Positions 39,089-57,527 of a DNA stretch of 64,000 nucleotides are shown here, piece by piece; the first letter of the stretch is position 1; the number at the start of each line of letters is the position of its first letter. The notes beneath the pieces are model-generated. The model did not search any database. It was given only the letters and a program-made list of their open reading frames with translations, and was not told the DNA's origin. The position numbers and the translations under genes are program-made. Where the stretch lies: contig CM119263.1 of NCBI GenBank assembly GCA_051294375.1, positions 8,381,992-8,445,991 of the forward strand, given 5' to 3'. Source of the stretch: Paraspadella gotoi (taxonomy: Eukaryota; Animalia; Chaetognatha).

Positions 39089-40324
39089 TTTGTTACTTAA
39101 AAATACAACACCGCTAAGGGAATGTTAAAAATATATAAATAACAAGAAGTTTATTTAACCTTTAAAATTTAGATAATTTTCAGGCACTTTTACAACTCGT
39201 GGATAAGGATATCTTTAATTTAACAAAGACAATTTGAGTTATAAGGACGACGACATTCAGTAGTGACAATATTTACAATGAATAAGTCAACACATTTAGC
39301 CCAAAACGGGTATAAACGGACGATATACTTGAAGATACCATGAAGTTAAAATAAGTTTGATAAAAATAATTCCGACGTCTCTCGAAGGAGATAAAAAGTA
39401 GTTTTCGGTTCGGAGAAGAAGTCAACCGACGTCGACGCATTAGTCTTCACATTAGTTTGGTGAACGATATTTTTGTGACTAAACTTTAGTCACTTTAGTA
39501 AAGTCATCTTGTTGAGGTCACTTTGATTCGTCAGAGGTCTGAATTTAATACCAGCAAATGAATCCGAGTTCAATATGCTTCAAAATTTTTACGGTCGGAA
39601 AAATGACAGCTGTACGATGAATGTCCGAAAGCTGACAACTCTGATTCGATTTCGGTTCGGCGTTCGACTTGACACACTTCCACATACTTAATATTATTTG
39701 TGAATTATTTGCGAATTATTCGCGAATTATTTCGATGACATCGGGAGCATATGGTGTAGTTGATCTGCTATAGTCTACGCACTGTGAAAACTTTCGCACT
39801 GCATTCTATTTTTATATTATCCCATCGTATTGTTTGCCAGCTGTCAACCTTTTTTCTAATTATTTTTATTATTTAAAATTATTAAATTATTTAAAATTAA
39901 AAAATAAACAATTTTCCGTGGCAATATGCGCAAGAAATCATATTTTCGAGTTCGAGTTTTTCACTGCGATTAAAGTGAAGACTTACTGAATAGTGTTTTA
40001 CCAAGGAATCTAACTTTGGCTAATCGGGGGGGTTTTATGAAATTGTCATCATCTTGCTTAAACTGGTAACGAACTAATTCTTTAAAAATGTTTACAAGAG
40101 TTTTTAATATAACAATAGTTCAAGCGGCATGATATAGGAAACAATAAAATTGGTCTCGACATGATTTTGTAAAACCTTTTTTAAATTGTAATACATTAAA
40201 CATAAAATGTTTGTTTCTTCCTCGAAAAAGGGTAACGGCATTTTTTTTGCCTTCCTTCCCGTTGCATTGGCCGCTCTAACTCCACACAGTTTATAAAAAG
40301 TCAAAAACGAAAACTTGGTCATCT

Positions 40325-45495
<5,171 letters not shown>

Positions 45496-48324
45496 TTTTT
45501 TGCTCGTTTTTTAGAGTTTTATGTTTATTACTGAAGCTTATCGATCATATATATTATATGATATTATAAATTTCCACCTAGATATATTCCTTTTGAATAG
45601 AAAAATAACAGATGATTGTTTGTATACATGTAGCAACGTTAATGGACTATTCTGGTTTAGCAACTGAATAAAAACCTCTGGAATTGGTAGGATTGGGTAG
45701 AACGAGGTACCATCCTTGTGTGTAAACGGCAAACCGCAGTTATTTCGTAGCATTTTACGCATTGAATAGTAATAGTTAATGTACAGTGATTAACAAAAAA
45801 AATTTAAACTTCTTTTTTGAACAAAATTGTCGAACTGATGCGTCAATTCATAATTCGACGGAAATTTTATGGCGAATGCTTCAAGATACGAAGGAATGCT
45901 GCCGAGTTCCAATTCATCAATTCAAGGTTAACGATCCTCTGGTAGATGGATGGAGGCGAAAATTCCATCAAGTTCCATTAAGTTGGTCCAAGTGCCTCAC
46001 ATAGGGCTCGAGTAAAGATTAAAGAGCTACAAAAAATGGAAACTGATCGGGACATCTTCATCTGATCAGTTTGGTATACAGCAAAAAAGGAATGCAGAGG
46101 AGCTACCTGGTCTTTGGAGCACCAATAAGGACAATGATAATTTAACCATGTACGAGACATGATAAAATTCATTGAAAATTATAATTTTCATTCCACAAAT
46201 TCATTGGTAACCCAAAAGCGCACCTCCACCCATTCGTCTTAGAGCAACAAACCGATCATCTGCAGGTTATACGGCAGCATTGTACCATTAAATACTACCG
46301 AGTAATCAGTAGCACACAAGTAGACTAATTCTAGGGAAAAAACCGAAAAAAAAGTTACACGATTGCTTGATTTTAATTTTTTTAATCTCGTTTGCTCCAA
46401 GGTAAACAATATTCAAAAATAATGAGAAAAAACAGGACTGTCGTCTCTTAAATATGAATCTATTAAGCCCAGGTTGTTTCACTAAGTGGAATGACAAAAA
46501 ACACGTTATAGCGATACGCTCGGGTCGAACCTCCACTTAATGTTATCATTGTTTTTCATGGTTTGATGATAATTTTTCGACCACTGTCAGCCCAACTAGT
46601 CCCATTGTTGTTTCGTCCGCCAACAACAGAAATATAAATTCAATCCGTCTAAGAATAAGTTATTTTATTATATAAATCTTTAGGGCTTTTTTCAAGAATC
46701 TTTCGTTCAAACATTGGAAATTGACAATTTACGCGTCGTACGGAATATTTTTTAAAAAAATGTTTTTTTCTGTTTCAATAACTCCCAATTAAACCACTCG
46801 TGTTTTGGTAGTTATAAGCATTAAACGAATGAGTTAAAACTGGACGGACGAATAAAAACTACTAACAGAAATAAACATTTCATTGCCAAAACTTGAGCGA
46901 CGGGAGGAATGTTGAGTAGGACAATTAAGAAAAAAAATTTTATTAATCTTTCAAAAAAAAACTTAATGCCCATTACCTTTCCACAACCAACTTTGCTCGA
47001 TTTTCCTCCCGTTCACAAATTAATAATCGGTTCCGACGACAACAAAAATAATATTAAAAGTTTCTATTATAAAAATAAAAAGTTTGCTATCGGCGAATGA
47101 AAAATTTGTCACGTAAGTAATCGCATCAATTAATGAAATTAAAAAAAAAAAAAAATTCGTATTTATATTGTAAGTCAAGAAAACAATACTGACAAAATAA
47201 CAGTCGCCACATTCTGGAGACTACGCTATACGTTCAAAGATATTCACATAACGCTAGCTAATTTTTTATGGCAATTTTTGAACCTTATCACTTTTTTTTA
47301 ATCGGGAATGACCCCATTTTCTGAGATGTTTTATAAATTAAGACATATTTATGACAATTTCTATCGAAAATACATTATTCAATGCTACAGCTACACCAGA
47401 GGTTATTTTTTCGACCAGATTTAATGTTACGAAACTAGAGATTGGTCCTAGTCTGAAACGACGCTCGATTCAATAAAATTACTGTTGAAAAGCTTCGGGT
47501 CAGAAGTACTAAGTCCCTATTGAAATGTGATTGGCCGAGAAAGTTTGACTTAAAGGAAAAAATAAATATGCAAACTCGTCCGTCTTGTTAAAAAAATATA
47601 GCAGTAAAAGGGAAAACGGCGAAAAAAAGTTATGATGACTAAAAACCCAGAAAATAAAACTTACACTATCTTGGCATCATTGTAAAAAAAAAATTACTCC
47701 GTGTTAAACGCGTTTTCTCGCCCACTGGCGGACATATTTTACACTCCAATCTGTTTCCACCAAAACCCAGCCAGCCAGACAGTGCGAAACGCTAATGTCT
47801 TCCGCGTGAATGGCTTCGACGACGTCCCCATCCGTAAATTTTACGGCAACGATCGAGATGATTGACCAACAATGACATCGTTGCGAGTGTCCACCCCCCA
47901 ACCCGAAGTTCGCCGCCGACGCTCGTCTCAAATGATACATTCGCGAATTATAGTGTCTTGAACCACTCCCTAGACAAACGCGTCTATTATTAATTTGGTT
48001 CGAGACGGAATCTCCCTCCTTATGATTGGTTAGCCCTTTATGGTGGCAGTTTTAGACGGTTACCCCCGAAATGTTGTCATCGACGGTTCTCTAGTTTTTA
48101 AACGAAATAAACGCAGTTCGAAAGGTTTCTTTGCGGAGCCAACGTCCCCCACACACTCCCTATCCCCTCCGCTCAGATTTTCCACGCGCAGGAGTAGTTT
48201 GCGTCTTTCTCCCTAATAGAAATTCACAGTAATTAAGAAATAACTTATTCCTGAATACCTTTTCTTTAACCAACTTACCTCCCAAAAACGACTTTATTTT
48301 TTGTGCTCCTCCGCCCCTATTTTC

Positions 48325-51300
48325 TCAAAAGGGCGGCAGGACTTGTTCCTCGAAAGGCACATAGGGACTCTGTAGCACCGACTCCAGATCGCCCGTCTTG
48401 AGTAGCTCCTCGCGACTCCGACGGAAAACGTATTTGATTTGACCAAAGACGCCGGGGTCGTAGACAGACCTCGCCGTGTTCGTGTGGTCGAACGGCTCTG
48501 AGAAATCAACAAAAAATATTTTTTTATTAAGTCATCTGTAGTTAGTATTAATAGCATCCCATCCCATCCCAAAATATTTAATTAACTGCGAATTACAGTT
48601 TCTAAATCATAATTCTCGCACGCAAGCCATCTTTGTCAGATAATCTAACGGATATCGTTTCTTTTGTTCTTAGCGCAAAAGAATATCTCACCCTCTATAC
48701 AGAGGCTCTTCCACATATGGGGGCTGTTCTTGGGACTAGAGTAGTACTGGACCATCTCCTTTGGTACTGCACGACCCATGCGAATGCTGATCGCGTCCCG
48801 GTCATAGTTGAAGGTTTCGGAGTAATATTCGAGAAACTGAAGAAACAGTTCTCCCAAAGTCTGCGAGTTTTTTGAGGTAAACGGCACGGGGAGTTTGTCG
48901 TCGAGTGTCAGTTGGCGCACGTCGGAGTTGGGTTCGAAAAGGTGCTGTACACGAAAGGGGGCGACAAGGATGAAGAGAGGAATTCAAACGCGAACCTGTC
49001 GAGTCGACAAGCTAAATTTCCCCACTCACTGGAAACTCCCGTTGTAAGCAAGGCAAGATGGCAGGAGTGCAGCCAGCCTGGAGGAAGTGTATGGTCATGA
49101 GCTCGAGGGAGTAGGAAGAGATGGTTCTACGAGATGCGTCGCCGATCTGTTGTCGCTTCGCCCAGTTCTTTACCGTCATCACGAGGGGGCGGACCCGCCA
49201 ATCCGCTGTGGTTAATAAGCCATTAACGACGTTAAAAGTTAAAACAAACCCAAATGATTTTAAACCCATTACCGATTATCAACCGGTTCCCACCCCACTT
49301 ATTCTTAAATAACAAACTTTTAGAGTAGAAGCTGAGAAGATGAGTGTTGCGAATTCCCACAGAGTTGTTGACGTTGAGGTCACACTCGACGCCGCTGATC
49401 TTGTCCCGGAACTTCAAAATGGGGACCTAATAAAGGTAACAAATCTTGTGGAAATATTTGAAAATAAACTTATATTATCTAGGGATAATATAAACGTTTT
49501 TAGTAGAGTTTAGTTGGTTCCTTCCATAACTTGAGAAAGTATTTGCATAATGATAGACCTCTGGGTTCTTTTCACCTTTGCTCGTATCAATTCGATGTCC
49601 GTGATGTAAGCGCACTTCTTGAGTGAAAACATAACTAGGCGCAAAATTTCCGGTGCCTCGCGGTGCTGATCGATCTGGGTGGTTGGGAGGCAGAGAAAAA
49701 AGGAGGGAAGCGTGGTGGGAGAAAAGGGGTGTTCTTTTATTCCCTCAAAAAGGCTTGAGCGAAATGATAAGAAGGTTGCTTACACGGACCTCCTGTTGAC
49801 AGATCATAAGGCAAATGTCCATATCTGATTTCATGCTACCAAAGCCGTTCATGGAGGAACCGACGACGTATAAGCCGCAATAGGGGAACACTTCGCCTGT
49901 GAGAAGGATGATGTTCAGTAAAACTGTTCAGCAATGAACAATGCACAAGGGTTTCGTAGAATCTCTCTACACTAATCAAAGAATAGTGATAAGTGTACGT
50001 TTTAAATGCACAACTCAGATCAAACTTAAATATTTTAGTTAATACTTGGTAATAATGTTTTGCACCATGCAATCCTTAATAGGAATGTTAAAACTTGTGC
50101 ACTGTGCAGTGACCTTTTAAAATCAAAAAAGAATCACACGATAAAAAAATACTGCATAACTCGTATATTGTGGCGAATCCTAAATTCGCCTTCCGTATAG
50201 ATTGGTGAAACTCAGCTTTCCAAGCCAATGGGACCGTGAGTTCTGGGTTCAATCCCCTCACGGTCATGCTGGTTAAGAGTGATGGTGGTCAGTGCATATG
50301 TATATCTTGGTGAAACTCAGCTCATCCCATTGACTTGGACAGCTAAATACTCATTCACCAACCGTGAGTTGTGGGTTCGATCTCCTCACGCTGGTTAAGT
50401 GTGATGGTGTCAGAATAAACACGCCAGTGACATGGGGTGGTCACTGCAGGTCCAAAGCCCTGAGCGCCAGCTGTTGGGAAATGCCTCACAATCTTGGCAT
50501 CACCCGTCTCCCCATTGCCATAATATTCGGAATAATTTCAGTTCCAACGAGGCAGAAATACGATGAATTAAACGAAAATTGTACATTCGTTTCTGACTCA
50601 TGTAAACATTGATAGTGGTCACGTGATCACAGAGTCAATATGACTTATTTACAAAAGTTAATGTACAGGGATGTCCAGCTCTAATTGGACTAAGTTCTTA
50701 CAGCACTAAAATGGATTATTATAAAAAAATAGCGACTGTATTTGGCAATTTTTTTAATATCAAAAATATCTAGAAAAACATGCAGCAACTTCTGTAATTG
50801 ATGCTTTTTCTAACTGCAATCCCCCTGATAAATAATAAAAATGTAGGATAAAGAAACAGAATGGCCTACGTATCTTCTATAGAACTGTCAACTTCCTGAC
50901 AGAGGCAATAATGATGAGAACGGTAGCATTCCCAGTAGGGGAAGTCGAAAAAGCATGTGCCACTTTATTTGGACACTGAGGTCAGGGTTGCCAAAGGTTT
51001 TTTTTATAGATCGAGTTGTCATAACCTGTCCCAACCTGTCCAAACTATTTTTTTAAAATTTAAACCCAAAAGAGCTGGATCTCCCTGTAGATATCTAATA
51101 AACCCTACGATACTTATTTTGCATATGTTCAAAAGAGTAATCACGTGATTACCTGAAAATACGTGGAAACTGCATTTGTGGTGCAACACTGAATTTACCG
51201 GTTCTTGTTTACAGCAGTATTCAAATGCATAAATTTGCAGATTTTTTCGTCTTAAATCAAATAAGCACACACCTCCGATACCTCTGATTAAGTTGTACAG

Positions 51301-53391
51301 AGCCTGACGAAGCTGCATTTTCTTCGTGAATAGATCGTGGGTTTGCATGTTCTTCTCGTAGAAGGTCACCATCTCCCTCGTAATATCCGGAAAACGGTCG
51401 GACACCGAAAAGGGTGGACTGGGCGACGAGGCTAAAAACAGAGATTGATCGGTCAAATATTTGCTAGTCACGGTTAACGTGCGTCGTCGATGTATCTATT
51501 TGATCCTCTTATTCCCTCACCAATCGAAGAACAACCAGACGATGAAGCGGAAGACAACCCTGCCACCTCCGCCACTGCCGCCACTGCGGCTGCCTCCGCC
51601 GAAGCCGACGCTACCGCTTTACAGTCGGAAGATAACGCCGCGTCTTCAGACCGATGTCGCTGTTGCTGTTGCTGCTGCTTTGCAAGTTGTTGGTTGTGCG
51701 TCTGTAACTGAGTTCTCGCCATAAGCGGACCTCCACTCGATAAGCAGGAACCTTTAGACGGGCCGCTGCCTGACGCGGACAGATGGTGATGCTGATGGTA
51801 AAGCGGTTGTTGTTGTTGCTGGCTATGATTATGGAGGTAGTTGAGAGGGAGTTCGGGAGAGGGCGATGAAGAAAAAGAGGAATACGAGGAGTGTGGCGAA
51901 AGAGATGGAGGTGGAGGAGTGGGAGTTCCGTCGCGAGAGACGCTCGTAGAGGAGGGACACGAAGACGAGGATCTGGAAGAAGGAAATAGTACAGAGTACA
52001 GACGACGCGGTTGAATGCAAATGCAATCGAAGATACCTGTTGTCGTTGGCTGGAATGGCGGTCTTGAAGACGGAGCCAGCGACTCTATGTTGCTGAATTT
52101 CGTAGCCGGGACCGAGAGTCTGACCCGGCAACGTGTAGGGGCACGAGGTCATCGAGGCCGGCGAGCTGTTGGGCCGAGGGGGCGATGACGGGAGGGGGCG
52201 GTGGTCTGGAAAGTAGAAGGCGAAGATTTGTTTACTTTTAAAACTTTGTTTCATCGAGGACTCCCTTATAAGATAAACCCACATTGATTCTTTTTATCTA
52301 AACGCGGCGGTGCGTCTCCACTGCCGAGGTGGCGATGGCACTTTACTGGAGGTCGAAAGAAAAAAAAGGGCAATATTAGAATTAAAAATTACATGGTCAG
52401 GCGATGAGATTTCGATTATTAAGGTATGATTCTAAGAAACGGACTTACTTTCGTTGGGAGAAACATCATTAACATCTTCTTGAAATCTCTGAAAGTGAAA
52501 TAGAGACAAGTAAATATTAAATAAACTTGAGTAATTTCTAGTGCTTTAATTTGCGTAATTTTTTTCGCACCTCCGGTATGCCGTTGGAGTTTGGGGAAGA
52601 AGTGACAATGGCGACGCTGCCTACCGATGGGCAATTGGAACTCGTTCCGCCCGTCGCGGTTCCAGAACCCAAGCGCGATGGCCCATTCTGTGGATAATTA
52701 ATTAATAATTATATCACAAAAAAATTCCCAGCTTAGTTGCTCATCACAAGGCACTGCGATTGACAAATTCATTACCCCTTGTAACTCTCTGTCCCTCTCT
52801 CCGCGAAACTGGTTGCTGTCTGTTTCGTTTCGAAAAGCAGCGTCGTCCGGGTCCTGGCCGTTTCTGAAAATCAAAAACCCCAAAAGAATAAAATCTCGCA
52901 AATTTAAAGTGTTTTAGAAAGTTTAAATGTCATCAAATGAAAAAAACCTGGGGATGAGATGCTTCTGGCCGATTCGATTGTTGAGGTTATTGACTGCATT
53001 GCCACCGCCTGTGCCGCCGTGAAGGTTACGATTCCTCTTTCCCCCGACTGAGCCGTGATGTCCGGTGGTGCGTGTGGGGACAGCGCCGAAACTCGAATGG
53101 GGAAGTTGATCGTGATGGCGCCTCAAGGTAGAAAAAAAAATATCAGGGATAGAAGAGAAGACGAGAAAACGCAAAAGTAAACTGGTTTAAGCCGTTAGTA
53201 CTACTAAAAAAAAAAATTCACCTATTGCTGCTTCTAAAACCCAATGACTTCTCAAAACGCCAGCTCGGATTAATTTGGATCTGACTTCCGCAATTCCACC
53301 CAAACATAACCGAGGGCTTTAAGTCCGATAACATTTCTCCCATCGGCCGCCTTTTTAACGAGTCGACATATAGATTTAGTACATTTATCAT
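48325..53391 (-). CDS. TENT2: Cytoplasmic poly(A) RNA polymerase GLD-2 (TENT2/PAPD4-like) with long low-complexity N-terminus
   Basis: Core exons 51431-51273, 49896-49790 (GLYVVGSSMNGFGSMKSDMDICL), 49674-49576, 49426-49318 (VPILKFRD..VECDLNVNNSVGIRNTHLL), 49205-49030 (DWRVRPLVMTVKNWAK..GDASRRTISSYSL), 48944-48692, 48497-48325 (EPFDHTNTARSV). Upstream S/P/Q/H-rich exons in 51521-53391 are phase-consistent, but the start codon is uncertain. Confidence 0.9.
50200..50412 (+). repeat. Two tandem tRNA-derived SINE-like fragments in a GLD-2 intron
   Basis: Duplicated TTGGTGAAACTCAGCT...ACCGTGAGTT.TGGGTTC.ATC.CCTCACG...GCTGGTTAAG.GTGATGGTG with B-box-like GGGTTCGATC; no complete cloverleaf. Confidence 0.5.
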
Positions 53392-54397
53392 CTTGTAAAA
53401 ATAAAGCTTTAATTTTATAAATACGAAGTCGACTCGCCAAAGAGGTAAGCCACCGGAGAGATTGAATCAATTATCCAACGTCATCGTCGAGTCGAAGATC
53501 ATCGCGAGCGCGGATTAACGACAATAATGCGAGAAGCGATAAAATGAACAATAATTCCTTTTCCAGCTCTGTCGTTTGTAATTAAATTTTTCAAACTCTC
53601 CAACTCATCGTGGCGTGTGCGCGGTTTATATTTCAGAAACCGTCCATCGTCGTTTCCCCCCTGTCCACGCTCCTATTGGATATCTAAATCTAAGAGTTGA
53701 AGAATTCGTCTAAACATATCCAAATACCAATTCCCCTCCAATTGGTATCACGGACGTTGGGAGTAATGAGCTTTTTTAAGGGCCTTCATTAGGTGGCGTT
53801 TTGATGGCGACAAAGTTGAATAGCTGTTCGCCTTATAGTTATACGCTACTATTCGCTTAATAGTCATAAGGAAATGACAACACAACAGTTTTCTTCTATT
53901 ATTATTTTTTGTAGTTTCTTTGAAAATGAAACCATTTGGTAGTAAAAACGAAAATGACACTTGTTTAAAACGGACTGGTTTCGGCTACAATGATCGCCTT
54001 CCTTCCAAATAAAACTTTTTCGCGCTCATAGAGATATGTATTGGTTGTACAAATTTCATGAAGGCTCTGGCTAAAAATATGTTGGACCCAAATATTTGAA
54101 GAATCCTTGGAACATCTCTCATTTGTAACTTGTTTAATAAAACATTTTTTTATATTTTAATTAATCTTGATTATCTTTACGCATTAACTTATATTATACC
54201 CTTTTCCATTAATGCAGATCACATATTATTATAACAACCATGGTCGGGGTTTTAAAAGTTTTTATCCTTTTAAGTCGCTTTAATTAAGCCCGCTCTTTAT
54301 AGCTTAATTAGTGCTAATTAAATAGTGATGGTCATGGATTAAATTTAAAAATAAATGTAAAAAGTTATTCATATATAAAAATATATTTCATTATATA

Positions 54398-55111
54398 CAG
54401 AAGGCTTCATATTATAAAATGTGGTACCCCTTTTTTGTTACCAGAACACGTTCCGAGAAAACTATGGAATAGAATTTAATGAAATTTTGCATGCGGAGTA
54501 CCAGTAGTGATACAAATGGAACTATCCAGGCGAATTTTTACCTTCCACCCCTAAGCTGAGATAAGGGTCCCTGAGGGGGCAGCTCCTGAGGGCAAAAAAT
54601 GGACAAAAATTTTTTTCAAATTTTTAAATTTTTTTGTCTTGAACAGTTGTACAGACGTTTACTCTTCCACAAAAACGTATTAATTACCTCAAAAATATTC
54701 ATTTACCATAATTTTTAACTTCATTAACATCAGCAGTTAAAGTCAGATTTGGAATAATTTGGGAAAATTGGAAGTAAAACGATGAACCATGCATCTTCAA
54801 CCATGCTTAATTATTGCAAATTTATCAATTTTAGTTCTAAAATGTTTTTTTCTTATGTTTAAAACGTCAATGCACCTGATGCTACTAAAAAATTTGAAAA
54901 ATAAAAAAACAATTTTTAGCATTTTTTGGCCCCCCAGGGCCCTGTATCTCTTGTCAGGGGTTGAATATCAAAATTCAAATATCAAAATTCCATTTATATA
55001 GTCATTAGCACTCTAAATGTAAAATTTCATTAAATTCGATTGAGTAGTTTGGTTGGAACAGGTTCTGGTCACAAAAAAGGGGTACTACATTTTATAATAT
55101 GAAGCCTTCTG
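54398..55111. mobile_element. MITE, Tc1/mariner-like (714 bp)
   Basis: ~90-bp imperfect TIRs starting CAGAAGGCTTCATATTATAAAATGT, TA on both flanks, no ORF. Confidence 0.9.
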
Positions 55112-55290
55112 TATTAGATTTAATTTTATTCTTTATAAAAAATATATTCTTTTATAATGTAATGGGGAATCTGGAAATAGAGGGAGAATGTATACAACAC
55201 AAGGTTAAAATTTACTTTCTGCCCTAGTTTTCTAATTAGATATTTGACATCATTCTTATTAAGTAGTCAATTATTGAAAATTAAAATATT

Positions 55291-55544
55291 ATGGTAACAG
55301 CCGGGTTGCCTGTGATGCCCATTGGGATGGGGCATCTCAATGTTGGCTTTGGGGGCTTCCGACCCACAGTGACACATCCAGTCACTGGCGCGGTTACCCT
55401 AGGACGGTCTTGCTTTGCCAACGCAGAGGGAAGTCATTAGGACTGTGGATGGAACACAACGCCTGGGATGGTGTGTTCCCCCTCTGAGCCAAAGGTATTG
55501 GCTGAGCGATGATGGACGTGAGGCGGTGTGAATATACCGCCACA
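55291..55544. mobile_element. Short interspersed element, copy 2 (254 bp)
   Basis: Shares both ends with 37096-37291 plus ~58 extra internal bases; flanks ATATT/ATATC; terminal hairpin GGCGGTGTGAATATACCGCC. Confidence 0.85.
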
Positions 55545-56467
55545 ATATCTAAAAAATTTGAACATAAAGGGGTGGAGGGGATAATTTGTTATGGGATTAA
55601 GGTTATTTATGATTCGTTATTGTTGAATGTTGAGGGTTAAGACTACAAAGTAGAATTGTGTGTTCTGATAGAGATACATACCAGGGAAAGCTTTTTAAAG
55701 AATGGGGCGTCCTTATATATTAGATGTAAATTTGATTATCTTTTGATAATATTTTAAATTGAATACATTTATTTATTTTTTAATAATTTTAATATATATT
55801 CAAAATAATTTTTATACATATTCAAAATAATTTTCGAGGTCATCAGTTGGAACCTATATCCTTCATCTTTCGGCTCTTTAATCCTAATATCCAGATACAG
55901 GCGAGCCATCACCAAAAAAAAAATTTTGAGGTGGGAACCGAGTAATTCACCAAACTTCTTTTTTAATTTTATTAAATTTTTTTAATAATGTTTTTTTTAT
56001 TATTATTATTACTATTTTTTTTTTATTTATTTATCAAAAATTAAGTATTTTTATTATTGGTTTAATATTCTTAGAATCTTTTTTATTTTATGTCTTACGT
56101 TGTTTTCAATAATTAGGAGAAGAGCCTGTTGACTCACTCAATCCTTATTTTTTGAAATAGATTATTAATTTAATAGAGATTATTATTTTATAATATTATA
56201 ATATATATATATATGTAAACTAAAGCCGAAACATGTACGTCCTTATGTACTAATAAAATCGTTGTTGCAAATAAACTCAAACTTATTTCTACTAATCCAA
56301 ACACAACGAAAAGAAAGGAAATTCGCTATGCCTAATATGTATATATTATAATTTTATAACGATATTATTTTATAATAGAAACGGCGTTTACAATTTTGAA
56401 ATTATTTGAAATATTTGTGCTAAAGAAGAGTGTGAGAGACAGAGAGAGAGACAGAGAGGGTAAAATT

Positions 56468-57280
56468 TTCCAACACAGAGGTGAGATGGAATAGTGGTCA
56501 GAAATGAGGACAGGTTGAGTAAGTTGTGAAAAGGAAGTGAAACTGGATATATATATTATATAGAGAGAAAGGGTGAGTAAATAATACATTATGCAATGTA
56601 CAACAGAGATCTTAAAATTTGAAAGAATAAATAGTAGTGATTTTAACAATTAACTAAGTAATAAATAATTGAAAAAGGAGAGAAAAATTAAATTGAAAGT
56701 TTGAAAAATTTACATTTATTGAGAGATTGCTAAGTGAATGAGAAAGTGAAATTCAAGAAATAATATAGAACTCAAATTGAGCTGGCCCTCTTTGTTCTGC
56801 AAAAGAAGGGCAGGGTCGATGGGGTCGGGTCATTAGCGCGTCACTGGTTGAGAGGAGAGTGTTACCGAACCGGTGAATGCCTCATTGGGGATTGAAACTT
56901 GCGGAAACATCCCGAGGGCTGGTCTTATGTCTCTCTGGCCTGATACGCCTGACGACTGCCCTGTTCTCGCCTGTTGGCGGTGCGGGCGGTTGTCCGTTCT
57001 TGCCGCTTTCGCGACAGGAGTGGTGGACTTTTCTCCCTCCTCCTGTAGCCGTCGTTTTGGGCTACGCTCAGTCTACAGAGGGAGGGACTGAGTTTCTGCA
57101 TTTTAGGGTGAGGCATTGCTTGCGCAAGGGTGTCCACCTATCTCGTTGAGTGGAGATAGGAGATGTGCGGACGTCGTAGTGATGGGTCTCTTTCTCTCTA
57201 TCAAGTTTCACTTCCTTTTCACAACTTACTCAATCTGTCCCTAACTTCCTCCACTATTCAATCTCACCTCTGTGTTGGAA
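56468..57280. mobile_element. Inverted-repeat-flanked element of unknown class
   Basis: ~82-bp imperfect inverted repeats at 56468-56549 and 57199-57280 around a GC-rich core (56775-57190). Confidence 0.6.
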
Positions 57281-57527
57281 TATACACTATTTCTAGATAG
57301 ATTATTAAAAATGAAATAAAATCTGAAAATTCTGAACAAATTCTAATTAACTGAAGCTGCTTTCCTAGGAATACAACTGTCCATATATGGATAATTAACA
57401 ATATATAAATTAAAATCATCACTTTTATCATAAACAGAAAAGATTAAATTATATTAGAACTGTCTTAAAACCACCGACAGGCATTTAGCTGATCAATGCT
57501 GTATTAAGGTGAGCCATCCTACAAAAA

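Noticed and set aside
50200-50412. Possible tRNA genes
   Set aside because: Only B-box/T-arm-like pieces; no acceptor stem or full cloverleaf.
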